From positions 1 to 37,827 of the forward strand of contig JAHQXB010000043.1 of assembly GCA_029856435.1 (NCBI GenBank): a DNA stretch of 37,827 nucleotides, in the 5' to 3' direction. Both the position numbers and the translations under genes were made by a program. The number at the start of each line of letters is the position of its first letter. Positions within the stretch are counted from its first letter, which is position 1. This document shows positions 17,730-26,377 of this stretch, piece after piece. The notes below the pieces were generated by a model. It did not search any database and had not been told where the DNA came from. It saw nothing but the letters and a program-made list of their open reading frames with translations. This DNA comes from Candidatus Jordarchaeia archaeon. Its GTDB lineage: Archaea > Asgardarchaeota > Jordiarchaeia > Jordiarchaeales > Jordiarchaeaceae.

Positions 17730-19447
17730 TCCTCCTTAATTGTAACTTTTTTGTTTAAAGCCTCAAACTCCTTTAGAAAAATCGGCTGATTAGTAAAGGC
17801 GTTTGTAGCCTTTTCATATAACCTCTTTATTCTATCTTTGTCACCCGCCCGCATGTAATGTTCAAAGGCTTTGTGATAAAAAACTCGAGCCATCATTTTG
17901 AAGCCCATACCATCATATTCGTCTCCAATTTCCTCGTAAATTAAAGCAGCACTCCTAGCTACGGAGCGGGCCTTCCACTCCACACCCAATGCGGCAAAGA
18001 GTTCCGAAGCGTGGGAAAGAAGGAATCGTGAATAGAAGCGTTTACCCTTACCCTCAAAAAGTTCAGCGGCCTTCTCCAGAATCATTCCCGCCCGCTCCCT
18101 ATCCCCCAACCTTTCATAAATACTTACAGTTATCCGGAAAAGCTGAAAAGATTCACTATAAAGCTTCTTCTCCATAGCAGAGTATGCATAAACCTCGGCG
18201 TTTGCAGCAATCTCTAAGGCAAGGGCCGGTTTATCCTGAGAAATCAACATGTTCGCTGAATCCCTCAACCATTCAAAATAAATACGATCCAACCTCTCCC
18301 TAGTCTCTATCATCCTTCCAATAACCTTCAACAACGTTCTTGCTCGGCCATAAATCTGATCCACGTTTACAAGAAGCCTCAACATTTCATAGATGGCTTC
18401 AGACTTGAGCCACACCGTGGACTCATCAACCTCCACTATGCCCTCTCCAACCAAGAGGTTTAGAACCTCCCGACTGGTTTTCTTATCACCCTCCTGACTT
18501 ATCTCCTCTATGGGAACCATGTTAAATTTTTGCGAAACAATCCTCTCTATTACCGTCTCCTTTTCCACAGTGAGATCAGTTATAGCATTGAGAGCATTAT
18601 CTTGGATCTTTCCATTTACCATTCGAAAAAGTTCTACGCTTGGCTGAGAACCACTCTTAACGGTTTCCCGCAGCAAGCCACACATAAACAAGGCTAGTTT
18701 GAAAGGAATACCCCCCGAAGCTTTGGTTAATTCCTCCTTAAGAGCATCATCAATTTTGATTCCAGTTAAAGCCTGATATTTCTGTATTAACAGTCGAATA
18801 TCTTGGGTGGAGAAAACATCCAACTCCACAACATAAAAGAGTTCAGGCCTATCACCTATCAAAGCCTCAAGAAACCTTCTGTCCACGCAGAGCACAAAAA
18901 ACAAGTTAAATTTCATTTCGCCCAGTTTAGCTGCCACCTCTCTCAATAGAAGATAAGCGGTCTCGTAACCCAACCAGGCGAAACGCTCAAAATCGTCGCA
19001 GAAAAACATCAAAGTCCTGCGAAGCTTTTCCTGAACCTTATCCATATCCTCAAAAAACTGCTTCAAAAAGTATTCCAGCTCACCTTCCCCAAGCTCCTTG
19101 GACACGGGGGGAGCCGCAACATATTTTTTTTCTCCCATAAACTTTTTCCTAGCCTCAGGAGCATAACCATCAACAGTCTTCTTAACATCATCAAAAAACA
19201 CTCTCACATTGGACGCAGAAACCCTTCTAACCACCACTTCGATGCCTTCCTTTTCCGCTATCTGCGTAAACCTTTTTAGCAGGGAAGACTTTCCAATACC
19301 GGGAATCCCAGTTATAACGAAAATCCTCCTATCCTCAGAACCAGTCTTCGCCCGAGAAATAAAGTCCTGAAACAAGCTAACCTCTCTGGTTCTACCCGTA
19401 AAAAGCTCCCTATCAACAGGCTCAACACAACTAATTTTCTTCTCCAA
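17726..19447 (-). CDS. STAND/AAA_16-type P-loop NTPase with winged helix and C-terminal TPR/SNAP-like helical repeats (ORF track extends to 19510)
   Basis: FTGRTRE (hhGRxxE), Walker A GIPGIGKS, Walker B MFFCDDFE, SGGIP (GxP), wH-like EVLNLLVGEGIVEVD, then A/Y/E-rich repeats (AAELFEGKG...AALIYEEIGD...AFEHYMRAGD). Probable TTG start at 19447 after GGTGG. Confidence 0.85.
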   Translation of the reverse strand: MEKKISCVEPVDRELFTGRTREVSLFQDFISRAKTGSEDRRIFVITGIPGIGKSSLLKRFTQIAEKEGIEVVVRRVSASNVRVFFDDVKKTVDGYAPEARKKFMGEKKYVAAPPVSKELGEGELEYFLKQFFEDMDKVQEKLRRTLMFFCDDFERFAWLGYETAYLLLREVAAKLGEMKFNLFFVLCVDRRFLEALIGDRPELFYVVELDVFSTQDIRLLIQKYQALTGIKIDDALKEELTKASGGIPFKLALFMCGLLRETVKSGSQPSVELFRMVNGKIQDNALNAITDLTVEKETVIERIVSQKFNMVPIEEISQEGDKKTSREVLNLLVGEGIVEVDESTVWLKSEAIYEMLRLLVNVDQIYGRARTLLKVIGRMIETRERLDRIYFEWLRDSANMLISQDKPALALEIAANAEVYAYSAMEKKLYSESFQLFRITVSIYERLGDRERAGMILEKAAELFEGKGKRFYSRFLLSHASELFAALGVEWKARSVARSAALIYEEIGDEYDGMGFKMMARVFYHKAFEHYMRAGDKDRIKRLYEKATNAFTNQPIFLKEFEALNKKVTIKEE

Positions 19448-19616
19448 AATAACCACCAACCAAAAATGAACACTAAACAAAAATAATAGAGAAAAACGAT
19501 AAATAAACATTTTTTAACTAAACCAGAAAAGGGGAAAAGTTTAGAATAGAATTTCACAAAAACAAAATTATACATCCTCAGCACAAAATCCCAAGCTTAG
19601 AGAGGAGGAAATAGTT

Positions 19617-20429
19617 TTGAGGGCAAACCTAGATGGTTTTCAAATGTACTATGAAGATGTGGGTAAAGGGGCGCCAGTGATTTTTATTCACGGGTGGGGC
19701 GGAGACTCCAGAGAGTGGAAACTCGTTATACCTGAACTGGCCAAAGAGATTAGATGCATAGCCGTTGACCTCAGGGGCCATGGACAATCGGATAAACCTA
19801 ATGAACCCTATACCCAGTCCCTTTTTGCCAGGGACTTGATATCTTTGCTAAACTATTTGGGCATAGATCGCGCATACTTTTGCGGTGCCAGCATGGGAGG
19901 ATACGTGGCTCAAAAAGTTGTTTTGACTTATCCCCAAAGAGTCAGAGGACTAATATTGGTAGGCGCATCACCCTACATTCCAGAGCAAACCGTAAAAGTT
20001 TCGGGAAAATGGGCGGAAACCCTCCTGGGCAAGGGGTTGGAAGCCTTCGTAGAAGCCCAAGTCAAAGACGTTTTTCATCCCGCCTTTGCCAGACGACACA
20101 AAGAAACAATCGATATCTTTCGGGAGAGTAAGCGGGTGCCACCCTCTGAAGTTTCAGGATTAATAAATAAGGGCATGCAGATTGAGCCCATAGACTTCAG
20201 GAAAAGTCTGAGGGAAATTAAGGCGCCCACCCTAATTATCCACGGGCGCGACGACCAAATAGTTCCAGTAGAATATGCGGAACATATGCACAAACAAATC
20301 CCCAACTCCCAGCTAGCAGTCCTCCCACTTTGTGGCCACCTACCCGTAATGGAACGACCAACATATTTCGCGGACCTACTGCTCTACTTCATAGAAAAAA
20401 CAGAGAAAAAGGCCGGGAGGAGAAAATGA
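19617..20429 (+). CDS. Alpha/beta hydrolase (PcaD/enol-lactonase-like), 270 aa
   Basis: IHGWGG oxyanion loop, DLRGHG, GASMGG nucleophile elbow, IHGRDD acid, GHLP His; TTG start after GAGGAGG. Confidence 0.92.
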   Translation: MRANLDGFQMYYEDVGKGAPVIFIHGWGGDSREWKLVIPELAKEIRCIAVDLRGHGQSDKPNEPYTQSLFARDLISLLNYLGIDRAYFCGASMGGYVAQKVVLTYPQRVRGLILVGASPYIPEQTVKVSGKWAETLLGKGLEAFVEAQVKDVFHPAFARRHKETIDIFRESKRVPPSEVSGLINKGMQIEPIDFRKSLREIKAPTLIIHGRDDQIVPVEYAEHMHKQIPNSQLAVLPLCGHLPVMERPTYFADLLLYFIEKTEKKAGRRK

Positions 20430-20645
20430 ATCATTCATTTGCTCAAAAAAACATCCAAATAAATAAAATGGCACACACAAACATTTTGTATGAACGCCCG
20501 GCGAGTAAATATTCCTTACCTTAAAAGTTTTGGACCATACGATTTTTAACATTATTTTTTAAGGTAAACATGCACTACGCCTAAATTCTTAAGCTGATTG
20601 GCTATCTTAATCTAGAAGGCTAGTGTCTGCTTTAGAATTGTAGTT

Positions 20646-21107
20646 TTATTTGGAGGATTTGCCTAGTTCTCTGATTCTGGACTGTATGAACTCCAAAACT
20701 TTCTCTTCACCGTATTTTCTCTCTTCTTGTTGTTTTTTCAAAAGTTCTCTAACTGCTTTTAGGAGTTCTTCCATGTTTAGGGGTTTAAGTAGGTATCTAT
20801 CGGCGTTCCTATTTACGGCTTCTATGGCATTCTGCATAGTGGGGTAGCCGGTAATTATTATTTTAGCCATTTTTGGAACTGTTTCTTTCATCATGCTTAG
20901 CAATTTTGTTCCCTCTATGTCTGGAAGGCGAATGTCTACCAGTGCCAAGTTGTAGAAATTGTTTTCCGTTTTTTCTATCGCCTCCTTACCATTTCTAGCA
21001 GTATCAACGGTGTAGCCTTCCTCTTGAAGTATAGCAGTTAAAACTTTTCTTATGCTTTCATCATCGTCCACAATAAGAATCCTAGCGGGTTCACTCATAA
21101 TTTTCAC
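20646..21107 (-). CDS. Single-domain response regulator receiver with short C-terminal helix (start GTG 21107 or ATG 21098)
   Basis: ILIVDDD, LVDIRLPD (phospho-Asp), IIITG, LLKP; overlaps the kinase stop codon. Confidence 0.95.
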   Translation of the reverse strand: MKIMSEPARILIVDDDESIRKVLTAILQEEGYTVDTARNGKEAIEKTENNFYNLALVDIRLPDIEGTKLLSMMKETVPKMAKIIITGYPTMQNAIEAVNRNADRYLLKPLNMEELLKAVRELLKKQQEERKYGEEKVLEFIQSRIRELGKSSK

Positions 21108-23811
21108 CGTCCTTAATTTTTCGTTTAATCGGAAGCGTTATCGTAATAGTGGTGCCCTTCCCAAGCAAACTTTCTAAAAGAATGGAGCCCCCGTGAGCCT
21201 CCACCAGTCGTTTACAGATTGGTAAGCCCATTCCAAGCCCCCTCGCCTTTGTAGTGAAGAGCGGGGCCCAAATTTTATCCAAAAGCTCAGGGGGCACTCC
21301 TCTTCCGGTGTCCGCAAAAATTATTTTTAAGTTACCGCCAGCCAATCTAGTTTCTATTGTGAGCTCGCCACCCTCCGGCATAGCATCAACACTGTTTTTA
21401 ACAATGTTCACAAACACTCTCTTCAGTTTCTCCACATCAACCATAACTACTGGATCATCAATAACCACTTTTGACACTCGAATATTGTCTGGCACATCCA
21501 CCAAACTTAAAGCCACATCCACAACGCTTTTAACACTGGCCTCAGCTAGTTCCAGTTGAACCTCTCCTGAATACTCCAGAAGATCCTCGACTATTTTATT
21601 AGAATACTGTACGTTTTTCTCGATTAGTTCAAACATTTCAGCTGTTTTCTCATCCATGCTTGAAGCCAGCTTCTTTTTCAAGTAATAAACAGCGCCAGCA
21701 ATGCCGGTCAAAGGGTTGCGGAGATCGTGGCCCACCATCATCGCCACCTCACCTATGGTGGCCAGTCTCTCCGACTTGAGAAGGGCTTCCTCCATCATTT
21801 TGCGTTCAGTTATATCTTTCGTTATCGCCACAAAACCTATGGGTTTGCCTGAAGCATCCCGCAAAACACTCGCAGACAACTCAGCCGGAAATTCTCGTCC
21901 ATCTCTAGTCAAAAGAGTATACTCAACATTACTCACAGAACCTAGCATCAAAGTTTTCATCAGATTACGATTGGCTTTTTCCCTATCTTTTTCAGCAATA
22001 TACTTGAAAGCACTTTGACCAATCACTTCCTCCCTAGATGAGAAACCGTGAACGTCCAAGGTTGCTTGGTTGCATTCAATCACATTTCCATTAAGGTCAG
22101 TGACGGTGATTGCATCTGGGGAGGAAGATAGAATGGTTCTAAGCTTCTCCTCGCTCTCCTTCAACTCCTTAGTCCTTTCTTCCACCATTGCCTCAAGACG
22201 CTCCGCATATTCCTTCAACTTCTTCTCCAACCTTTTACGCTCGGTTATGTCTCTTAAAAAGACCAAATCTGCGGTTTTCCCCTGAAAATTGATGCGCGCC
22301 GCGTTTATTTCTACGGGTAAGGGTGCGCCGTCTTTTTTTATGATTTCAATCTCATATATTGGTGGTACTTTTTTGCCCTCCAGTCGGTCATTGTATCTTT
22401 CAAGAACAAGTTCCCGGTAATCGGGAGCGACGAAATTCAAGAAATTAGCGCCTTTGAGTTCTTCAGGCGTGTATCCCGCAAGCTCTACTGAAGCAGTGTT
22501 AACAAATTTAAGTTTGCCGTCTTGGATTATTATGATACCATCCTTTGAGTTCTCAACCACAGCAGAATATTTAGCCTCTGATTCCCGCAACGCTTCCTCC
22601 GCAAGTTTACGCTCAGTAATATCCCTTGACACTGCAAGTATAGCTTTAGGCTTCCCATACGCATCCGCTATTACCGACATATTGGTCTCAATTGAAACGA
22701 CTGTGCCATCCATCTTAACTATTTTGTATTCAACGTTGCGTGCGCTACCTGTTTCAAGAAGACATCGCATAATCTCCAGTGCGTGTTGACGGTATTCAGG
22801 CGCTATAAATTCAAAACCATTTTTCCCAATCAACTCCTCTTCCTTTTCGCACCCTAATACCTTTAAGCCCTCCCTGTTAACCATAAGTATTTTGCCATCT
22901 AGGTCAGTGAGTGTGATTGGGTCGGGTGAAGTGTCAACCAGGCTACGATATTTTTCTTCGCTCTCCCGCAAAGCCTCCTCTGCACGCTTGCGTTTAGTGA
23001 CTTCTAAGGTGACCTCAACAACACCTATAATGTTTCCTTTTTCGTCTCTAACAGGATAACCGCGAATAAGCCAAATTCGCCCATCCGGGGCAACCATCTC
23101 TCCTTCCTGCGGTTGACCAGTTTCTAAAGATTTTGTCACTGGGCAGCCTACACAGGGTTTGCTGCGCTTCTGCCAAACTTCATAACAATAGCGTCCCACT
23201 AGTTGTTCTGCTGTTAAAGAAGCGGATGTGCCAGCAGTCCTATTTGTCCATACAATCCTATGATCCTTATCTTGATAAATAACATCCTCAGCTATACTAT
23301 CTAAGATTAGTGCTTTTTCCCGCTCAGCCTTTTTTAAAGCCTCCTCCATACGTTTACGCTCAGTTATGTCTATAACTACTCCTATTAAACCCACACACTT
23401 ATTTTCCCTAGTAAGGCGATTCGCAAGTATGGCGACTGGGAATGTGCTGCCATCCTTTCTACGAGCCGTGTACTCGATACTTCCCAGTTTCTCTCCCACA
23501 AGTACTCTTTGGAAATTTTTTACGGCTCTATCCAAATCTTCGGGAATTAACATTTGAAAGACATTTAAACCTTTATCATAGTCTTCCTGCGTGTAGCCAA
23601 ATGCTTTAAATGCGTAGCGGTTAGCAAAGGTAATATTGCCCTTGTCATCCGTTTCCCAAACAATTTGAGGTAAGGAATCAACCAATTCACGGAATCTATC
23701 TTCGTTCCGCCGAAGAAAATTCTCCATCCCCCCAACCTCACTGATTCCAAGCTGAAGTTGCCCATTAGCCTCCGATAATTTGGCGGTTTCCTTCAACACT
23801 ACTTCCTCCAA
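21091..23811 (-). CDS. Cytoplasmic sensor histidine kinase with five PAS/PAC domains, HisKA and HATPase_c, up to 906 aa (alternative start ATG 23727)
   Basis: Five PAS/PAC units ending DITERK or a variant; H-box GHDLRNPL; N-box NIVKNSVDAM; G1 DTGRGV; G2 FTTKARGLGMGL; no transmembrane segment seen. Confidence 0.95.
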   Translation of the reverse strand: MEEVVLKETAKLSEANGQLQLGISEVGGMENFLRRNEDRFRELVDSLPQIVWETDDKGNITFANRYAFKAFGYTQEDYDKGLNVFQMLIPEDLDRAVKNFQRVLVGEKLGSIEYTARRKDGSTFPVAILANRLTRENKCVGLIGVVIDITERKRMEEALKKAEREKALILDSIAEDVIYQDKDHRIVWTNRTAGTSASLTAEQLVGRYCYEVWQKRSKPCVGCPVTKSLETGQPQEGEMVAPDGRIWLIRGYPVRDEKGNIIGVVEVTLEVTKRKRAEEALRESEEKYRSLVDTSPDPITLTDLDGKILMVNREGLKVLGCEKEEELIGKNGFEFIAPEYRQHALEIMRCLLETGSARNVEYKIVKMDGTVVSIETNMSVIADAYGKPKAILAVSRDITERKLAEEALRESEAKYSAVVENSKDGIIIIQDGKLKFVNTASVELAGYTPEELKGANFLNFVAPDYRELVLERYNDRLEGKKVPPIYEIEIIKKDGAPLPVEINAARINFQGKTADLVFLRDITERKRLEKKLKEYAERLEAMVEERTKELKESEEKLRTILSSSPDAITVTDLNGNVIECNQATLDVHGFSSREEVIGQSAFKYIAEKDREKANRNLMKTLMLGSVSNVEYTLLTRDGREFPAELSASVLRDASGKPIGFVAITKDITERKMMEEALLKSERLATIGEVAMMVGHDLRNPLTGIAGAVYYLKKKLASSMDEKTAEMFELIEKNVQYSNKIVEDLLEYSGEVQLELAEASVKSVVDVALSLVDVPDNIRVSKVVIDDPVVMVDVEKLKRVFVNIVKNSVDAMPEGGELTIETRLAGGNLKIIFADTGRGVPPELLDKIWAPLFTTKARGLGMGLPICKRLVEAHGGSILLESLLGKGTTITITLPIKRKIKDGENYE

Positions 23812-23954
23812 CTTTTTTCATTCTTTCTATAACTTCTTTGGGAGCACGCTTCAAATTAGAGAAGGTTCTGGAAATATTCAGCCCTAAACTAGGCGGAGTC
23901 TCATCCCTTACCAACATAGTATTTTCATCCATGCTACCTACAACTCCGATGCTA

Positions 23955-24314
23955 CTATTTTTGCCCATCTTTTCCCATGGAACTATTACCTCTCAACTCA
24001 GTTATATAGTCTAGAAAGTCGTAGCCTTCCTTCTCTTCATATTTTAACCCAAGCACTAAGTGCAAGTTCTTCAGAACCAGTCTCTCAATAGGGGAGGACG
24101 CGAAACCAAGAATGCTTCTTAGTGCTCCAATTAGAACCTTAACTCTTTCAGGGCCCTCTTCACTTTTTGGATAGCTTTCAGTCACGTATACATAAATGGT
24201 CTTTGCTGCCTCTTCACCGAGAATCATTTTTAATTTGCCAATAATTGTTTTTAGAACTAAATCATCGAGGCCTTTCCCGCTCAAGGGCTCCGAAGTATGT
24301 CCATTGGACTTCAT
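23955..24314 (-). CDS. Small archaeal helical protein, DUF3227-like (ORF track extends to 24362)
   Basis: LKMILGEEAAKTIY...ALRSILG...IERLVLKNLHLVLGLKYEEKEGYDFLDYITELR matches the recalled pattern of this archaeal family, which is often next to signalling genes. Confidence 0.65.
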   Translation of the reverse strand: MKSNGHTSEPLSGKGLDDLVLKTIIGKLKMILGEEAAKTIYVYVTESYPKSEEGPERVKVLIGALRSILGFASSPIERLVLKNLHLVLGLKYEEKEGYDFLDYITELRGNSSMGKDGQK

Positions 24315-24454
24315 GCCGCTTCTTCCAAGCAGCTTTACTTTACATATATAACAGTTTTTCAAATAAGACTTTCCTAAACCCGCCTACCAGGCAACATTTA
24401 ACAGAAGTTATAAAATGCGAATTGTAGAAATAGAGAAATGTCGAGGTGTAGAAC

Positions 24455-25564
24455 CTATAGGCGGACGTCTCTGAGAAGAGTAATAATATTGTTTCTTCCC
24501 CGAGGCTCCCTCTTAATGAAGCCCTTCTTCTCCAATATGGAAAGCGTGATGCTCACCTTAGCTTTACTATAATTGGTGGCCTTCTGAATCTCCTTCTGCG
24601 TGACACGCTTATTTTCAGATGAAGCGATAACTCGGAGAATCTCAATCTCTGCCTCGTTAAGCAGGGTGAGAGAAGTGTCAGTCACCGTTTCAACCAGTTT
24701 TGTTCTATGATAAAGATAGAAAACAAACATCCCAATAACAAGACCCAACAAAAAAATAGCAACAAAAAGTGAGGGACTAGAAGAGGTGGGGTATAAAACT
24801 GGAAAATAAAGTATTTGTGGTATCAGGGCCGCATCTGAGAGTTGGTATCGTATCACAAAAAGCTCGGTGCTCCCCTCATCTAATTTTAAGCTCCACTGGA
24901 AAAGTAAAGAGGAACCATCTGTAAAGTTTAAACTATCTATGGGATAGAGGGGGTCGACACCGGAATACAAAAACCTCTCAGGCGGAAGCTTCACCCGGAA
25001 AACTATATTTTTCATGTTAACATCCGCTTTGAGCATGTAAGAAAACTGAGTGTAACTGGTGGTAAGTGAAACCACCTGGGAAGTATCAAAATCAACAGTA
25101 AAATTATAAAAAGAATTGGGCTCAAGATTAGATACATTCAGACGAACAACAGTTTTGGTAGACAAAGTATCAATTATCGTGTCATAAAGCGGCCCAGTTT
25201 TATTTTCCACCCGGAGGTTTATGATATTGGTTAAACTGAAGGAAACGTTTAACTCATCTATAGGTGTGGCTCCCGTATTATTTGCGGAGAAAAAGCAAGA
25301 GAAATGAGCAGTATCATTATCATAAAGGATAATATTAAACTCCACATCAACATACTCAAACGAAGAAGGAGACTTAACAGTCAAGAATGGAGAATCACAG
25401 TAATGATAAAGAGGAGAAATGCAAAAAGAACTGTTGTGAAATTGTCCATAGGAAAGATATGAAAAACAGGCGAAAAGTAAAACAAGTATCACAATTAAAA
25501 AGAATGCTCCCTTTAGACGAGTATACCCCACTGGACTTTTTAATATAGGAACACTAGCACACAT
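24455..25564 (-). CDS. Membrane-anchored winged-HTH regulator (COG2512-like): N-terminal TM/signal, extracellular beta-rich glycosylated domain, TM, cytoplasmic wHTH (start uncertain; ORF extends to 25672)
   Basis: Hydrophobic FFLIVILVLLFACF; many N-x-S/T sequons; TM LFVAIFLLGLVIGMFVFY; C-terminal LNEAEIEILRVI...VTQKEIQKATNYSKAKVSITLSILEKKGFIKREPRGRNNII. Confidence 0.8.
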   Translation of the reverse strand: MCASVPILKSPVGYTRLKGAFFLIVILVLLFACFSYLSYGQFHNSSFCISPLYHYCDSPFLTVKSPSSFEYVDVEFNIILYDNDTAHFSCFFSANNTGATPIDELNVSFSLTNIINLRVENKTGPLYDTIIDTLSTKTVVRLNVSNLEPNSFYNFTVDFDTSQVVSLTTSYTQFSYMLKADVNMKNIVFRVKLPPERFLYSGVDPLYPIDSLNFTDGSSLLFQWSLKLDEGSTELFVIRYQLSDAALIPQILYFPVLYPTSSSPSLFVAIFLLGLVIGMFVFYLYHRTKLVETVTDTSLTLLNEAEIEILRVIASSENKRVTQKEIQKATNYSKAKVSITLSILEKKGFIKREPRGRNNIITLLRDVRL

Positions 25565-25900
25565 TAAAACACCGTCAAGCGAACTTACTCCTATTCTACA
25601 TTTCCTGCAGATTACTTTAAGTTTTACCAATAGGGCACAAAAATAAATAACCGCCATTTTTGACCAGCCCATTGTGAAGCATTACAAACACGAAAACAAG
25701 CATGGTCCAGCAGTGAATCTATGGTTTACTAAAGGTGATTTTCCTGCTTTGTTTCTTCCCACCGCCATCCTAAAAGGTGCTGTTCTTATGCTTCTCGACC
25801 CGCTAGGCTTAAAGTACCATTTGCAAACTATATTTGAAAATATCCCCTTCAAACAAGACCCTGAAGGAGCTTTGAATTAAAATTAGAATCGGAGGGAATA

Positions 25901-26277
25901 GTGACCTCCTCCACTATTTGAAAATGGTGGCTTCCAAGTTTCGTTCACCATTTCCCGCTTGTCGCCAAGGCGGCTTTTTATGGATGCTTGCGAGGTTGCA
26001 CCTCTACCTTCAAGGCTTTAACGGTACACAGACCAACGCCTCTCAGGCTTATCTCCCTCTTCCTTGTGCTTCAGGGCTTGGTCACCTAGTGAATGGTACT
26101 CCAGTCAAGACCCTATGCCAGACGTCGAGACTAGCATTCGTTCGTTGCCGAACGTATCGAAGCCCTTTTTGGGTATCCCAAGCTTCATCCGCACAGCGTG
26201 GCTTGGGTTTCTCCGATTGTTCCACTTGTGGAACATTTTGATATTCTGTTCACTTCGCCGGCTTTACCTCGATTCAT
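25901..26277 (-). ncRNA. Putative highly structured RNA (omega-RNA-like scaffold) filling the IS605-derived element
   Basis: Consecutive stems (plus-strand coordinates): 26218-26235 (8 bp perfect), 26177-26207 (7 bp outer), 26139-26154 (6 bp, GCAA tetraloop on the minus strand), 26115-26137, 26073-26114 (enclosing 26082-26092), 25992-26004, 25963-25972. No credible ORF. Confidence 0.55.
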
Positions 26278-26315
26278 CCACGTTTGAAAACGTTGGTCTT
26301 CTTGAGGTGGTCTTT
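25901..26315 (-). mobile_element. Non-autonomous IS200/IS605-family element (PATE-like), 415 bp, lacking tnpA and tnpB
   Basis: Minus strand: target-like TTTAT (26320-26316), AAGA at +16..+19, left hairpin CCAACGTTTTCAAACGTGG (26296-26278); right end GAAG plus hairpin CCACCATTTTCAAATAGTGG (25930-25911), terminating in GGAGGAGGTCAC. No terminal inverted repeats and no target duplication, as expected for HUH (Y1) transposons. Confidence 0.85.
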
Positions 26316-26377
26316 ATAAAGGGTTCGTTGATAGCTGGTAAATTTTGGGAAAGTTTTTGGTGGGATCAAGTAATAAA

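Noticed and set aside
25935-26277. Group I intron (IStron) or group II intron
   Set aside because: I could not find group I P/Q/R/S core motifs or a group II domain V, and the element is intergenic. A covariance-model search is still needed for a firm exclusion.
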